The notes below the pieces were generated by a model. That model was not told where the DNA came from, did not search any database, and saw nothing but the letters and a program-made list of their open reading frames with translations. DNA of 64,000 bases from Takakia lepidozioides. Lineage: Eukaryota; Plantae; Bryophyta. Position numbers and translations under genes: made by a program. Positions 11,280-23,717 of this stretch are shown in pieces (positions within the stretch are counted from its first letter, which is position 1; every line of letters starts with the position of its first letter). The stretch covers positions 53,692,001 through 53,756,000 of the forward strand of contig CM060734.1 in the NCBI GenBank assembly GCA_030704615.1, written 5' to 3'.

Positions 11280-14200
11280 CCCACACTCTATCTCTATTCC
11301 TTCAGCTATCCATGCCTCTGCACAAATCAAGCATTCATCCTTGCCTTGCTGCTAGCAGCTGGCAATGACAGCCTACATTTGTTCTAGGAAACACCCAACT
11401 CAGCGTAGCACACTAGTTCCTATGCTGAATTGCATCTGCTACTCTCTGAAATATAGCAGGCATTCACCTTTCTGCCCCGGTTGACCCATCAGTGATTGGG
11501 CTCAGATAAGTATTCATTCCACAGCTTCTCCTCATCTCTGTTACCTATTTTTTGACACTTTCCTGTTGTCACATTGGCAGTATCATGTCAAAGTCACTCC
11601 AAACTAGATTCACTCAACCAGCTAACTTGCAGAATTGAACATGTAAATTTAGGGCCGATTCTGATAAGAGGGAAAAACAGGGTGAAATGTGTTGAAGAAG
11701 ATGCCTTCATTAGCAGTGCCTGATTTTATCACTTGTGCCGCTGCTCCCAGTTGACCATCTACCCATGCAGGTTTCTTGTAGCTATTGATCCACAGGGAAT
11801 CACAGGTAATCTTGTGCTTGAAATCTGGCCTTCTTGGATGAATCTGGACCCACACGAAATCCCTGCTCCTTCAGCTATCCATGCCTCTGCACAAATCATG
11901 CATACATCCTCGCCTTGCTGCTAGCAGCTGACAATGACAGCCTAGAATTGTCAAAGCAAACACTAGCAGGGAAAACAGGGTGAAATATGTTGAAGAAGGT
12001 ACCTTCATCCTTTTCTCCATCATTTGCTTTCAGGTGTCCAAAGCCCCATCCCGCGCTCCTGCTCTGCACACCCTTCAAGCATCGCATTCCACGACACCAC
12101 ATCTAGTTCAGCCATAGTGTTGAACACTCCCTTGGCATCCTCAATGCTCCCACATTTAGCATACATGGCCACCAGAGCCATGTTCAGGATGACATCTGGT
12201 ACAATTGCAGATTTGATGATGTCACCAGGGATCTCTTTGCCCTTTTCCAGGGCTGCAGACGCACTGCAAACGCACACAAACGTTATGTCGGCGGCCTTCA
12301 CCCCTTCCCCCATCATTTTCTCAAAGGTTGGAGCCTCCATCCCGCACCCCAGCTGTGCATACCCAGCAAGCATCGCACTCCACGACACCACATCTCGTTC
12401 AACCACAGTGTTGAACACTCCCTTTGCATCCTCAATGCACCCACAATTGGCGTACATGTCCACCAGGGCAGGGGCAGTGTTCAAAAGGACATGTGGTAAT
12501 TTGACAGGCATTCACCTCCTGACTTGGCTATTCCCAACCCATCCTGCCATTGGCAAGAGATTCCACAGAAACTGATAGTTGTCTGTTTGACTGTATAACT
12601 ATGTATCTCTTGCTTTCTTACAGCTTGTACTGTGACACGCGTAATGCTCTTGTTGTGTTGAATCATTTCACGCCTTCAGGTTTCAGAACAAACATTACCG
12701 TCTTTCTTTATCAGACATGTGCACCAAGACATAATCTCACCAAAAGATTGTTGGTGTTCAACAGTACCATACATGAAGATAACTAGCACCAAAAGGGCAT
12801 ATGAAGCTTATTCTGCTCTCCACTGGTATTAACTTGCACCAAGACTTTCAATGGCTGTCTTCCAGTCCACCCACGGCCCGCTGTAAATGGCTTGCAACCT
12901 ACAGATTTTCAAGAGAGCTGATTACCATGAAAATTTCAAAACTGGCTTTACAAACCTAATAATTCAAGCATAATCAGCATTCAAGCTAAGGAAGCTTTAC
13001 AAGCATCGTGTTGCGAGTAAAGCCTTGGCAATGTCACCAGGAAATCCCTGGCTGAATGGATGACACTGAAATAATGGAGCTTGAAATCCGGCCCTCTTAG
13101 ACGAATTTGGGCCCACACTCTATCCCTGCTCCTTCAGCTATCTATGCATACATCCTTGCCTTCCTGCTAGCAGCTGACAATGACAGCCTAGAATTGTTCC
13201 AGCAAACACCCCCAACCCTACTTATCAACGAGCAATGAGCTAACTTACAAAATTCAATATGCATCTCAGGGCGTCTGATGAGAGGGCAAAACATGCTGAA
13301 ATAGGTCGAAGAAGAAGGTGCCCTCACCACACTGTCCTTGACCTTGTGTCATGACCCATGGAGGATTTGACCTTGTGTGTGATGCTTGTGTCTGTAGTCA
13401 GGTAATGTCGGATTGGTCAATGAGAACCTGCACCACGGTGCAGTTGAGCAGGCAGACTCTGAAACACGGTCTGCTAAGACCAAGCTGACTCTCCCAAGAA
13501 CCTTGTAAACATCAGGAAGAATATCAAATCATGGTACTAACAGGAGCCAACAACCCACATTTGCAGGATGGACAAAATTCTGCACATCGTACATTAAAAA
13601 AAAACCACACCTTGCGATTGCGGTCGCACCCTCGTGAAGGATCTTAAAAAAACTCATGCCAGCTCTGCTCCATGATTCAAATTCAGGGCCGAGTCTGATG
13701 AGAGGGCAAAATAGGCTGAAATAGGTCGAAGAAGAAGGTGCCCTCACCACATTGTCCTCAACCTTGTGTCATGACCCATGGAGGATTTGACTGAACATGA
13801 ACCCAAGATGACCTCTAGTGTGTGCTGCTTGTGTCTGTAGTTAGGTAATGTCGGATTGGTCAGTGAGAACCACCACGGTGCAGCTGAGTGGGCAGAGATT
13901 GAAACACGGCCTACTAAGACCAAGCTAACTCTCCCAAGAACCTTGTAAACATCAGGAAGAATACCAAATCATGGTACTAACAGGAGAGCCAACCCATCGT
14001 GAAGGATCTTTTAGAAACTCATGCCAGCTCTGCTCCGTGCTGTAAAATCAGGGCCGAGCGGGTAGAGATTGAAACACGGCCTGCTAAGACGAACCTGACT
14101 CTCCCAAGAACGGCGGGCTCCCAGCCGAAACCTCCTCGCACACATATCCTAGCGTTTCTAGGGTTGCTTGCTCCAGATGCGAAGGTTGATCCAACTGCGG

Positions 14201-14290
14201 GCCTCCCATGCATGTTTGCCCTCTCTCCCGCTCGCTCGCTCTAAGTCCCAACCCTCTCTCTCTCTCTCTCTCCCTCCCGCTCGCTCTAAG
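11280..14290 (-). pseudogene. Shuffled PDF-motif and PLS-PPR pseudogene fragments (cargo of inner CACTA)
   Basis: PPR S-P-L-S motifs at 12030-12490 (ALVDMYANCGCIEDAKGVF...). PDF halves IHPRRPDFKHKITCDSLWINSYKKPAWVDGQL (~11750-11850) and DEEKLWNEY...VNRGRK (~11468-11540). NPTLPDY..SNPPWV-type modules at ~13350-13420 and ~13770-13860. Confidence 0.85.
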
Positions 14291-14379
14291 TCTATTCACG
14301 CTACTGTGATGGACAACTTTTTAAGTTTTTTAACCTTTTTGTAAACCCTAAGAGCCCTTTTTTGATTTTTGATTTTTGA

Positions 14380-14578
14380 TTTTTTTTTTTTTTCTTAAAG
14401 GAAACCACAAGCCCTTGAGGAGGGGGAAAATTCACCCGCCTTCATTTATGGGCCATAAGACCTACAGGACGATCAACGTCAAGACATACCGTCTCGAACA
14501 ATCCCACACACGGGATAAGGGCAGCGGGTTTGAACCCCAAACCACAAGGGCGACACACTGTGCACTTACCAGCCGATG
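14380..14578 (-). mobile_element. Probable second SINE type with poly(A) tail
   Basis: Minus strand has B-box GGTTCAAACCC and ends in an A-rich tail (T-run at ~14380-14393); tgattttttt occurs on both flanks. Confidence 0.55.
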
Positions 14579-15151
14579 TGATTTTTTTTAAATCTTTGTT
14601 TTTTTTGGGTTTTTTAATTCATTCTAGTGGTAAGAGTCTCCGTTTTTTTAAGATATAAATACTCATATATTATATATATAACCAGAAAAGCATGTGTCGA
14701 CACGTGTAGTCATGTAGTGATTCATCCATGTGATGATCTGACATAATGCATTAGAGTGAGAGTCATGAAGTCATATGTCTGTCTTGCAATATGCACACGT
14801 CATTCTAGTGTAGCCATGACCGTGACTGGTAGTCATATCTGCCATGCCAATATTCGTGGTCAAACATGTTTGACCTGTGTTGCGCAGAGTCCGAAGCCAT
14901 GCAGTCGCATATACGCCTTCTCCAGACCTGCATTATGACTTCAAAAGCATTTTACGACTGCAAATGGCATTTCTGCCACAAATCTGTCATGACTGCGCAC
15001 CTATGGGAGTCATAAAAGCCGCAATCTGTTGTAGTGTATTTTACACTAGTGTGGATTATGCACAATAGTAGGGCAAAGTTTGTTATGTTTATTCTAGTGA
15101 TGACCGAAGGTCGGAAGCTAGTTTAGCATAGAGCAGGAATAGGGTGCCATA

Positions 15152-15257
15152 GTGCCACGTCATCGTTGCCATGTTTCGTCGCCACATCATCGTAGCCAGG
15201 TCATCGCAGACACATCATCGCAGACACGTCATCGTAGCCACGTCATCGTCGTCGTCA
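15152..15257. repeat. ~14 bp degenerate tandem repeats (gccacgtcatcgt-like) heading a duplicated PDF-PPR unit
   Basis: About 7 units here. A related array at 23718-23779 is followed by the same tatatctgcccgg...cacac(c/t)gatcgcaggtggtattcttcctgatg sequence. Confidence 0.8.
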
Positions 15258-15339
15258 AAAAATTTATATCTGCCCGGACTGCCCAAACTGTCTTGCAGGG
15301 CGGGCATCGCGTCCTCGAGCGCGGAGGGGTTTCACACAC

Positions 15340-18300
15340 CGATCGCAGGTGGTATTCTTCCTGATGTTTACAAGGTTCTTAGGAGATTCAGCTTGGTCTT
15401 AGCAGGCTGTTTTCAATCTCTGCCTGCTCAACTGCACCGTGGTGGTTCACACACCGATCGCAAGTGGTATTCTTCCTTATGTTTACAATTTTCTTAGGAG
15501 ATTCAGCTTGGTCTTAGCAGGCTGTTTTTCAATCTCTGCCTACTCAGCTGCACCGTGGTGGTTCTCACAAACCAATCTGACACTACCTGACTACATACAC
15601 AAGCAGCATACACGAGAGGTCAATTTGGGTTGATGGTCGGTCAAATCCTCCATGGGTCATGACACAAGGTCAATTCTTCTTGATGTTTACAAGGTTCTTG
15701 GGAGATTCAGCTTGGTCTTAGCAGGCAAGTTCCATCCCAGACAAGAAACCTGCATGGGTAGATGGTCAACTGGAAGCCGCAGCAGCAGCGGCACAATTGA
15801 TAAAATCAGGCACTGCTTTCTTCAACACATTTCACCCTGTTTTTCCCTCTTATCAGAATTTGCCCTAATTTTCCATGTTGAATTCTGCAAGTTAGCTGGT
15901 TGAGTGAATCTAGTTTGGAGTTACTTTGTCATGATACTGCCAATGTGACAACATGAAAGTATCCAAAAACAGGTAACAGAGATGAGGAGAAGCTGTGGAA
16001 TGAATACTTTTCTGACCCCAGTAAATGGTGGGACAACCGAGGCAAAAAGGTGAAGGCCTGTTAGATGCAGCAAGGGCAAAGATGAATGCATGATTTGTGC
16101 AGAGGCATGGATAGCTGAAGGAGAAGGGATAGAGTGTGTGTCGAGATTCATCCAAGAGGGCCAGATTTCAAGCACCAAGATTACGTATGATTCCATGTGG
16201 ATCAATAGCTACAAGAAACCTGCATGCGTAGATGGTCAACTAAAGGCAGCAGCGGCACGGTTGATAAAATCAAGCACCTCAACCATGACCACAGTTTCTG
16301 GAAGAGGATTAAGAGAGGGAGTCCACAATGCCACTTCTGGCACTTCCGGGCATGTGAAGATGCTTTGTGAGGCAGGCAGACTGATAGAGGCTCTACAAAC
16401 TTCAAACCTGCAAGGAGGCATTTCAGCAGATTCAGATACGTATGTCTGTCTCTTGCATAAGTGCATCAAGATGAAAGGCCTTGAAGTTGGAAAGCAGATG
16501 CACACTCACATTATCCAAAGTGGATCCACGCCAAATGTTTTTCTACTCAACACCCTTGTCAATATGTATGTTAAGTGCGGGAGCATCATGGATGCTCACC
16601 AAGTGTTCAACATAATGCCTCAACGATCTTTGATCAAGTGGAATATAATGTTGGAAGGATTTACCAAGCACCTTCTTCTTCGACCTATTTCAGCCTGTTT
16701 TGCCCTCTCATCAGACTTGGCCCTGAGATGCATACTGAATTGTCAAGGACAATATGGTGAGGGCACCTTGATGTGGTGAGCAAATGATGCGCGAAGGGGT
16801 GAAGCCCAACCACATCATGTTCATTTGTGTTTGCAATGCAAGTGCAAGCCTGGGAGCCCCGGAAAAGGGGAAAGAGGTCCATGATGACATCGTCAAAGCT
16901 GGAATTGTACCAGATGTCATTGTGAACACTACCCTGGTGGACATGTATGCCAAATGTGGGTGCATTAAGGATGCGAAGGGAAGTTAATTTCAACACTATG
17001 GCTGAACGAGATGTGGTGTCGTGGAACGCGATGCTTGCAGGGGTAGACCTATGATCAAATGATGGGGGAAGGGGTGAAGCCCAACCACATCACATTTGTG
17101 TGCGTTTGCAGTGCGTGTACAAGCCTGGCAGCCCTGGAAAAGGGCAAAGAGGTCCATGGCGACATGGTCAGAGCTGTAGTTGTACCAAATGTCATTCTGA
17201 ACAATACCCTCGTGGACATGTATGAAGGGAGTGTTCGACAGTATGGCTGAACGAGATGTGGTGTCGTGGAGTGTGATGATTGCAGGATATGCACAGCAAG
17301 GGCGCAGGATGGAGGCTTTGGAGACCTATGAGCAAATGATGTGCGAAGGGGGTGAAGCCCAACCACATGATGTTTGTTTGCATTTGCAATGCGTGTGCAA
17401 GCTTGGCAGCCCTAGAAAAGTGCAACGAGGTCCATGGTGACATTATCAAATCTGGAATTGTACCCGATGTCATTCTGAACACTACCCTGGTGGACATGTA
17501 TGTCAAATGTGGGTGCATCGAGGATGCAAATGGAGTGTTTGACAATATGGCTGAATGTGATGTGGTGTCGTGGAGTGTGATGATTGCAAGATATGCACAG
17601 CAAGGGTGCGGGATGGAGGCTTTGGAGACCTATGAGCAAATGATGTGCAAAGGGGTGAAAACCAACCACATCACATTTGTTTGTGTTTGCAATGCGTATG
17701 CAAGCCTGGGAGCTCTGGAAAAGGGGAAAGAGGTCCATGGTGACATCGTCAAAGCTGGAATTGTACCAGATGTCATCCTGAACACTGCCCTGGTGGACAT
17801 GTATGCCAAATGTGGGTGCATTAAGGATGCGAAGGGAAGTTAATTTCAACACTATGGCTGAACGAGATGTGGTGTCGTGGAACGCGATGCTTGCAGGGGT
17901 ATGCACAACAGGGGCGTGGGATGGAGGCTTTGGAGACCTATGAGCAAATGATGGGGGAAGGGGTGAAGCCCAACCACATCACGTTTGTGTGTGTTTGCAG
18001 TGCGTGTACAAGCCTGGCAGCCCTGGAAAAGGGCAAAGAGGTGCATGGTTGCATCGCCAAAGCTGGAATTGTACCAGATGTGATTTTGAACAATACACTC
18101 GTGGACATGTATGCCAAATGTGGGAGCATTGAGGATGCGAAAGGAGTGTTCAACAGTATGGCTGAACGAGATTTGGTGTCATGGAACGTCGTGCTTGCAG
18201 GATATGCACAGCAGGAGCGCGGGATGGAGGCCTTGGAGACCTATGAGCATATGATGGGGGAAGGGATGAAGTGCAACCACATTAGTATCACCTTTATATG

Positions 18301-19021
18301 TGTTCTCTCTGCATGCAGCCACATTGACCTACTGAATGAAGGAAGACGCTACTTCGATTCCCTGAGTCAAGATCATGGTGTCACCCGCCAGTAAAGCACT
18401 TTGGCTTCATGGTGGACCTTCTGGATGCGCGGGCCAACTACATGAGGTAGTGGACCTGATTAATAAAATGCCAATCAATCCAGATGTTGTGGTGTGGAAG
18501 GCCTTGCTTGGTGCCTGCAGAATCCCTGGCAATGTGGAGATGGCTGCGGCAACATCTATCCTTAAATGGGATGAACAGGATGCCGCGACTTACGTGTTGC
18601 TATATCAACATCTATGCCACAGCTGGCAGGTGGGATGATATTGCAAAGGTGAGAAGAATGATGAAGGTCAGAGGGGTTAGAAAGGAGCCAGATGACAAGT
18701 TGCATCCCAGAATTAAGGAAATCCATGCTGAGCTGAGAAGATTGTCTGGGCAAATGAAGGAGGCGGGGTATGTGCCTGACATACGCTCTTTATTGCATGA
18801 TATGGAGGAAAGGAATTTTCTCTTTGCCACCACAGTGAGAAGCTGGCCATTGGTTTTGGGCTGATCAGCACGACTCATCAAGAATCTTCGAGTGTGTGGA
18901 GACTGCCACACCTCCACCAAATTCATCTCAAAGATTGTTGGCCGAGCAATTGTTGTATGGGACGCTAATTACTTTCCACCACTTTGAAGATGAGATTTGT
19001 TCTTGTGGTGATTACTGGTGA
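15340..19021 (+). pseudogene. Multi-PDF + PLS-PPR + E1/E2 + DYW pseudogene
   Basis: PDF modules at ~15570-15670 (NLTLPDY..DGRSNPPWV) and 15978-16049 (DEEKLWNEYFSDPSKWWDNRGKK|GT), then ~16147-16240 (IHPRGPDFK..SMWINSYKKPA). About five ~300 bp P-L-S triplets follow, then E domains and a DYW ending CSCGDYW* at 19021. Many frameshifts; the PG box is deleted (KEP|DDKLHP). Confidence 0.9.
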
Positions 19022-19429
19022 AAGGATGTTTTCTTGGAAAGATGCTAGTGTCTTGCTTCATTCATTGATCTGTGATCATCCACCATTTCCTGAGAGTACT
19101 GACCATCATGCACTGTTGAGTGTGCAAGATGCAAGTGTCTTGCTTCATTCATTGATTTGTGTAGCTACTCAGACCATCCACCATTTCCTGATAGTGGGGT
19201 CTACCCGGCATAGGTGGAAAGTCAGCCCACAATTGCACTTGACTGAAAGGGTGATTTTTGACTGATTCTGGCGACAGTGGATGGAAATCAGAGTGCTGTC
19301 CTAATTCTGGGTTTGGGTGGTGGAGCTTCTCCAAAGCTTGAAGATGGAAGTGAATACGAATTTTAATGAGCTTCATGAGAGGGGCAGCCTTGTGCACAAG
19401 TTTGTTCAACATCTTAAATTTGCCAGAAT

Positions 19430-21430
19430 TGAGCCAAATATCGTCCTGGAAACTGCCCTTATTATGCCAAATGTGGGAACATGACGGATGCGCATCTAGT
19501 GTTTGACAATATGGTTCGACAAAATGTGGTCTCATGGAGTGCGTGATGATCAGAGGATATGCTCAGCTTGGATAAAAAAGGCTTTGGAGATCTATGAGCA
19601 AATGATACAGAAAGGGGTTATGCCCAACCAGGTAACGGTTGTGTGCGTTTTCAATGCATGTGTCAGCCTGGTGGCTGAACGAGATGTGCTCTCCTGGAGT
19701 GCAATGATTTCAGGATATGCCCCAGCATGGATGTGGTAGGGAGGCTTTGACTTTAACAGAAGCTATGGCCCTCAGCTGTCAACTCGTGGTTTCACAGAGA
19801 AATCCAAGATCGCCAGAGTTCAGACATAAGCGAACAAAGGAGTCCCTTGGATTGAATACTTTTCTGACCCCAGTCAATGGTGGGACAATCGAGGCACAAG
19901 GTGAATGCCTATTGGATTACAGAGAGTAGCTGCAATTGAGCATAGGAACTAGTGTGATAAGTTGAGTTGGGTGTTTCCTAGAACAAATCTAGGCTGTCAT
20001 TGTCAGCTGCTAGCAGCAAGGCAAGGATGTATGCATGATTTGTGCAGAGGCATGGATAGCTGAAGGAGCAGGGATAGAGTGTGGGTCCAGATTCATCCAA
20101 GAGGGCCAAACTTCAAGCTCCAGATTATCTATGATTCCCTGTGGATTAATAGCTACCAGAAACCTGCATGGGTAGATGATCAACTAAAGGCACCAGCTGC
20201 AGCGGCACAATTGATAAGATCAGGCACTCCGACAATGACACTACTTCTGAAAGAGGATCAAGAGAGGGAGTCCACAATGCCTCTTCTAGCACTCTGGGCA
20301 TGTGAAGATGCTTTGTGCGGCAGGCAGACTGACAGAGGCTCTACAGACTTTAAACCAAAGAGGCATTTCAGCAGATTCAGGTACGTATGTTGGTCTCTTG
20401 CTTAAGTGCATCAAGATGGAAGGTTTGGAAGCTGGAAAACATGTGCACGCTCACATTATCCAAAGTGGATTCACGCCAAATGTTTTTCTACTCAACACCC
20501 TTGTCAACATGTATGTTAAGTGTGGGAGCATCATGGATGCTCACCAAGTGTTCAACATAATGCCTCAACGATCTTTGATCACGTGGAATATAATGTTGGC
20601 AGGATTTACCAAGCATGGGTAAGGTAGGAATGCTTTGGAGACCTAAGCAAATGTTGCGCGATTAAGGGGTGAAGCCCAACCACATCACATTTGTTTGTGT
20701 TTGCAATGCGTGTGCAAGCCTGGGAGCTCTGGGAAAGGAGAAAGAGGTCCATGGTGACATCGTCAAAGCTGGAATTGTACCAGATGTCATTCTGAACACT
20801 GCCCTGGTGGACATGTATGCCAAATGTGGGTGCATTAAGGATGCGAAGGGAGTTTTCAACACTATGGCTGAACAAGATGTGGTGTCATTGTGGTGTGATG
20901 GAACGCGATCCTTGCAGGGTATGCACAACAGGGATGTGGTATGGAGGTTTTGGAGACCTATGATCAAATGATGGGGGAAAGAGTGAAGCCCAACAGCATC
21001 ACGTTTGTGCGCATTTGCAATGCGTGTGCAAGCCTGGCAGCTCTGGAAAAGGGCAAAGAGGTCCATGGCGACATTGTCAGAGCTGCAATTGTACCAAATG
21101 TCATTCTGAACAATACCCTCGTGGACATGTATGAAGGAAGTGTTCGACAGTATGGCTGAACGAGATGCGGTGTCGCGGAGTGCGATGATTGCAGGATATG
21201 CCAATCGAGGCTAAAAGGTGAATGTCTGTTGGATTACAGAGAGTAGCAGATGCAATTGAGCATAGGAACCAGTGTGATAAGTGGAGTTGGGGGTTTCCTA
21301 GAAAAAATCTAGGCTGTCATTGTGAGCTGCTAGCAGCAAGGCAAGGATTTATGCATGATTTGTGCATAGGCATGGATAGCTGAAGGAGCAGGGATAGAGT
21401 GTGGGTCCAGATTCATCCAAGAGGGCCAGA
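19430..21430 (+). pseudogene. Second truncated PDF-PPR pseudogene copy plus PPR fragments
   Basis: RNPRSPEFRHKRTKESL (~19797-19850) fused to EYFSDPSQWWDNRG; IHPRGPNFKLQIIYDSLWINSYQKPAWV (~20091-20190); PPR motifs at 20300-21200; partial PDF intron and exon at 21200-21430. Confidence 0.85.
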
Positions 21431-22364
21431 TTATGGTAGTAAGTCAGACCTGGAAGTGACCATCTGTAGTGATCATGGTTTGAAGTTGGTGAATCCAATA
21501 ATGAAATGCTGCCCTGTGCGGCTCGCTGAATACCTTGCCCTAGTTCTTTCAGAGGGTAGTCCTCCTTTTTGTTATGTTGGAATCTCTCTCTCCCCTACAT
21601 TTCACATGCAGTATGTCTTTTGCAGCGACCAACAAAGCTGCAGGGTTTGGTCGGGGAGGCTACCTCTTTGAGTGCAGCACGGGACTTTCTTGAGGGTGAG
21701 GTCTCTATATTCTTTCCTTGAATCTTATTGTTAAGATGGAAGGTTTCTTTCCTAGTCCTTGCTTTAAGCATTAGTTCAGGTGCAGGAGAACAAGTTTTGC
21801 AGAGTCACGACAACCACACAGGAAGGCAGATATGGTTGGTGGTAATAATGATTCTAAGTGTAATGCAAATGATCATATTGAACATGAGTAACTTCAAATC
21901 CTACATCATGAGGGTAGCGTTCTGAGAGCCTCTTCGACAACAATTGCAATGTGAATCTTTTCATACTGGATTAGCAATGTAGGAACATGTATGTAGCTGC
22001 AAGTGCATTTACGGGGTTTTAACAATCATGTGTGGTAAGCTGAAGGTGTGAATTTCTAGGAAAGTTGAGTAGATCATCTTGACAATCACCGTGTCATTTA
22101 AGCTGCAGCTTCCATCTTTTCCATCCCCTTGTCACATTTCCTCTGAACTAGGTGGCCCAAAAACCTTTGGCTAAAGAGACTTCTTCCTGCACCTTCCAGT
22201 GGGATTCTTGGGGCAGAATGTGATTTTCTAGTACATTCACATATTTGGCTAGATTTGCATGTTATCTCACACTGGAAGGTTCGTTAATGAGTTATTTCAG
22301 CTGCCTGCTGTTGTAGCAGTGGCGGAAGCATTGTTTGTATGGATGAATTCAGAGACAGAATACG

Positions 22365-22865
22365 ATGATCACAGGATATGTTCAACATGGGGGTGTTAGG
22401 GAAGCTTTTGAAATGTATGAACAGATGCAATGGGAGGGACTGATGCCCAACAAGGTCACCATCCTTGGTGTTCTGAATGGGTGTGCAAGAATAGGAGCCC
22501 TTGAAAAGGGGAAAGGGATTCATGCTGACATGATGAAAGTTGGAATTACACCAGATATCATTCTGGAGACTGCCCTTGCTGATATGTATTCCAAATGTGG
22601 GAGTATGAAGAATGCGTGCAAAGTATTCAACAATATGGCTGATCAAAATGTTGTCTCATGGGGTGTGGTGATTGGAGGGTATGCTCAGCATGGGTGTGGT
22701 AGGGAGGCCCTGCAATTATTCACACAAATGCAACAGGAAGGCTTGAAGCCGGATGGTATCACTTTCATATCCCTTCTCCCTGCATGTAGCCATGTGGGCC
22801 TGGTGGATGAAGGCCGTCACTATTTTGATTCCATGAGTCCAGATTATGGCCTCACTCCTACATAA
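22365..22865 (+). pseudogene. Isolated PLS-PPR fragment (P-L-S-P2-L2)
   Basis: Open 166 aa stretch ending GLKPDGITFISLLPACSHVGLVDEGRHYFDSMSPDYGLTPT*; no 5' part and no S2/E/DYW. Confidence 0.85.
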
Positions 22866-23717
22866 CAACGATTTTACGGATTAGATCCGAGCACATTTGT
22901 CTGTAATTACAATGTGCAGACACATATTCTTAATTTAATAACTTTGAAAGTACATAAATTGTTCATATGGCTCCTCTTTGAAATTTAAAAATGAAATAAT
23001 AAAAATTCACATTATTTCTCAGACGTTGTTACAAACTATTTTATGAGAACATGCTAGATTGAAATGATAATTACAGCTTCTTCAAATTGAAGATTACTAC
23101 CAAACCAATTTCAGAACTTGAAGGAGAAAGCTCCATTAGTATGTGTAGTTGAGTACAGGCGAGGCCATTGTTGTACCCTACACATCTTGTAGTTGTACCT
23201 TGTTGCCCGTTGCTTAATACATGAGATTCTCCATTCGTGGTGGCCTTGATGTTTTACTAGCACTCTCGTTGTGGCCTGAGGAATAGTATTACATCATGTG
23301 CATGTTTTTGTGCCTGGCAACCAGAGTCCTCCAGCTGATTGACAATTCACTCATAGATTTATCACAACCACCTTCCCACAATTCCAATCAACACCATCCC
23401 ATTCAAGAGAGGCGAAGGTCATCACTAGAATTCTAGGCCAAAAAACAGGCAGGCAGGAAAGCTCAGAGAAAGTGGGCTCCTCTCATCCAGTCCAAGTACC
23501 AAGGGATGCAGACTTGCCACATCGCCCACCATGCTCTATGTTGTTTGTAGGAAACCGGCCAAGCCATACTTCATATACATCCAGGTGCAGACCTCCCTAT
23601 ATATATGTGGTAAGGGGATTATCTTTTAGTTCGTAGTCTTGAGATTGAACGGCCATTCTTCTTCCGTGAAACAATGAAACACAGGATGTGTGTATGTAAC
23701 ACCATGCAGAGGATCCT

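Larger units (their letters stand above)
10106..15036. mobile_element. Nested non-autonomous CACTA element (4.9 kb) with PDF/PPR cargo
   Basis: TIRs CACTACAACAAATTGCGGCTTTTA and TAAAAGCCGCAATCTGTTGTAGTG; TSD TAT (10103-10105, 15037-15039); atgact/agtcat subterminal repeats at both ends. The empty site rebuilds ggttactgggcttattttacactagtgt, identical to the neighbouring repeat unit at 9987-10014. Confidence 0.92.

Noticed and set aside
10640-11280. Possible CACTA transposase remnant (minus-strand CPCC) or the listed 143/155 aa ORFs
   Set aside because: Only a vague Cys pattern and no recognisable TnpD/TnpA motifs.
12024-12575. Long antisense ORFs over PPR, CWC25 and CBS regions (e.g. 12024-12575, 41173-41604, 53178-53690, 59844-60632)
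   Set aside because: Shadow ORFs opposite genuine coding sequence, with no motifs of their own.
15152-15257. CRISPR-like short repeats
   Set aside because: Contiguous degenerate ~14 bp units without unique spacers, in a eukaryotic context.
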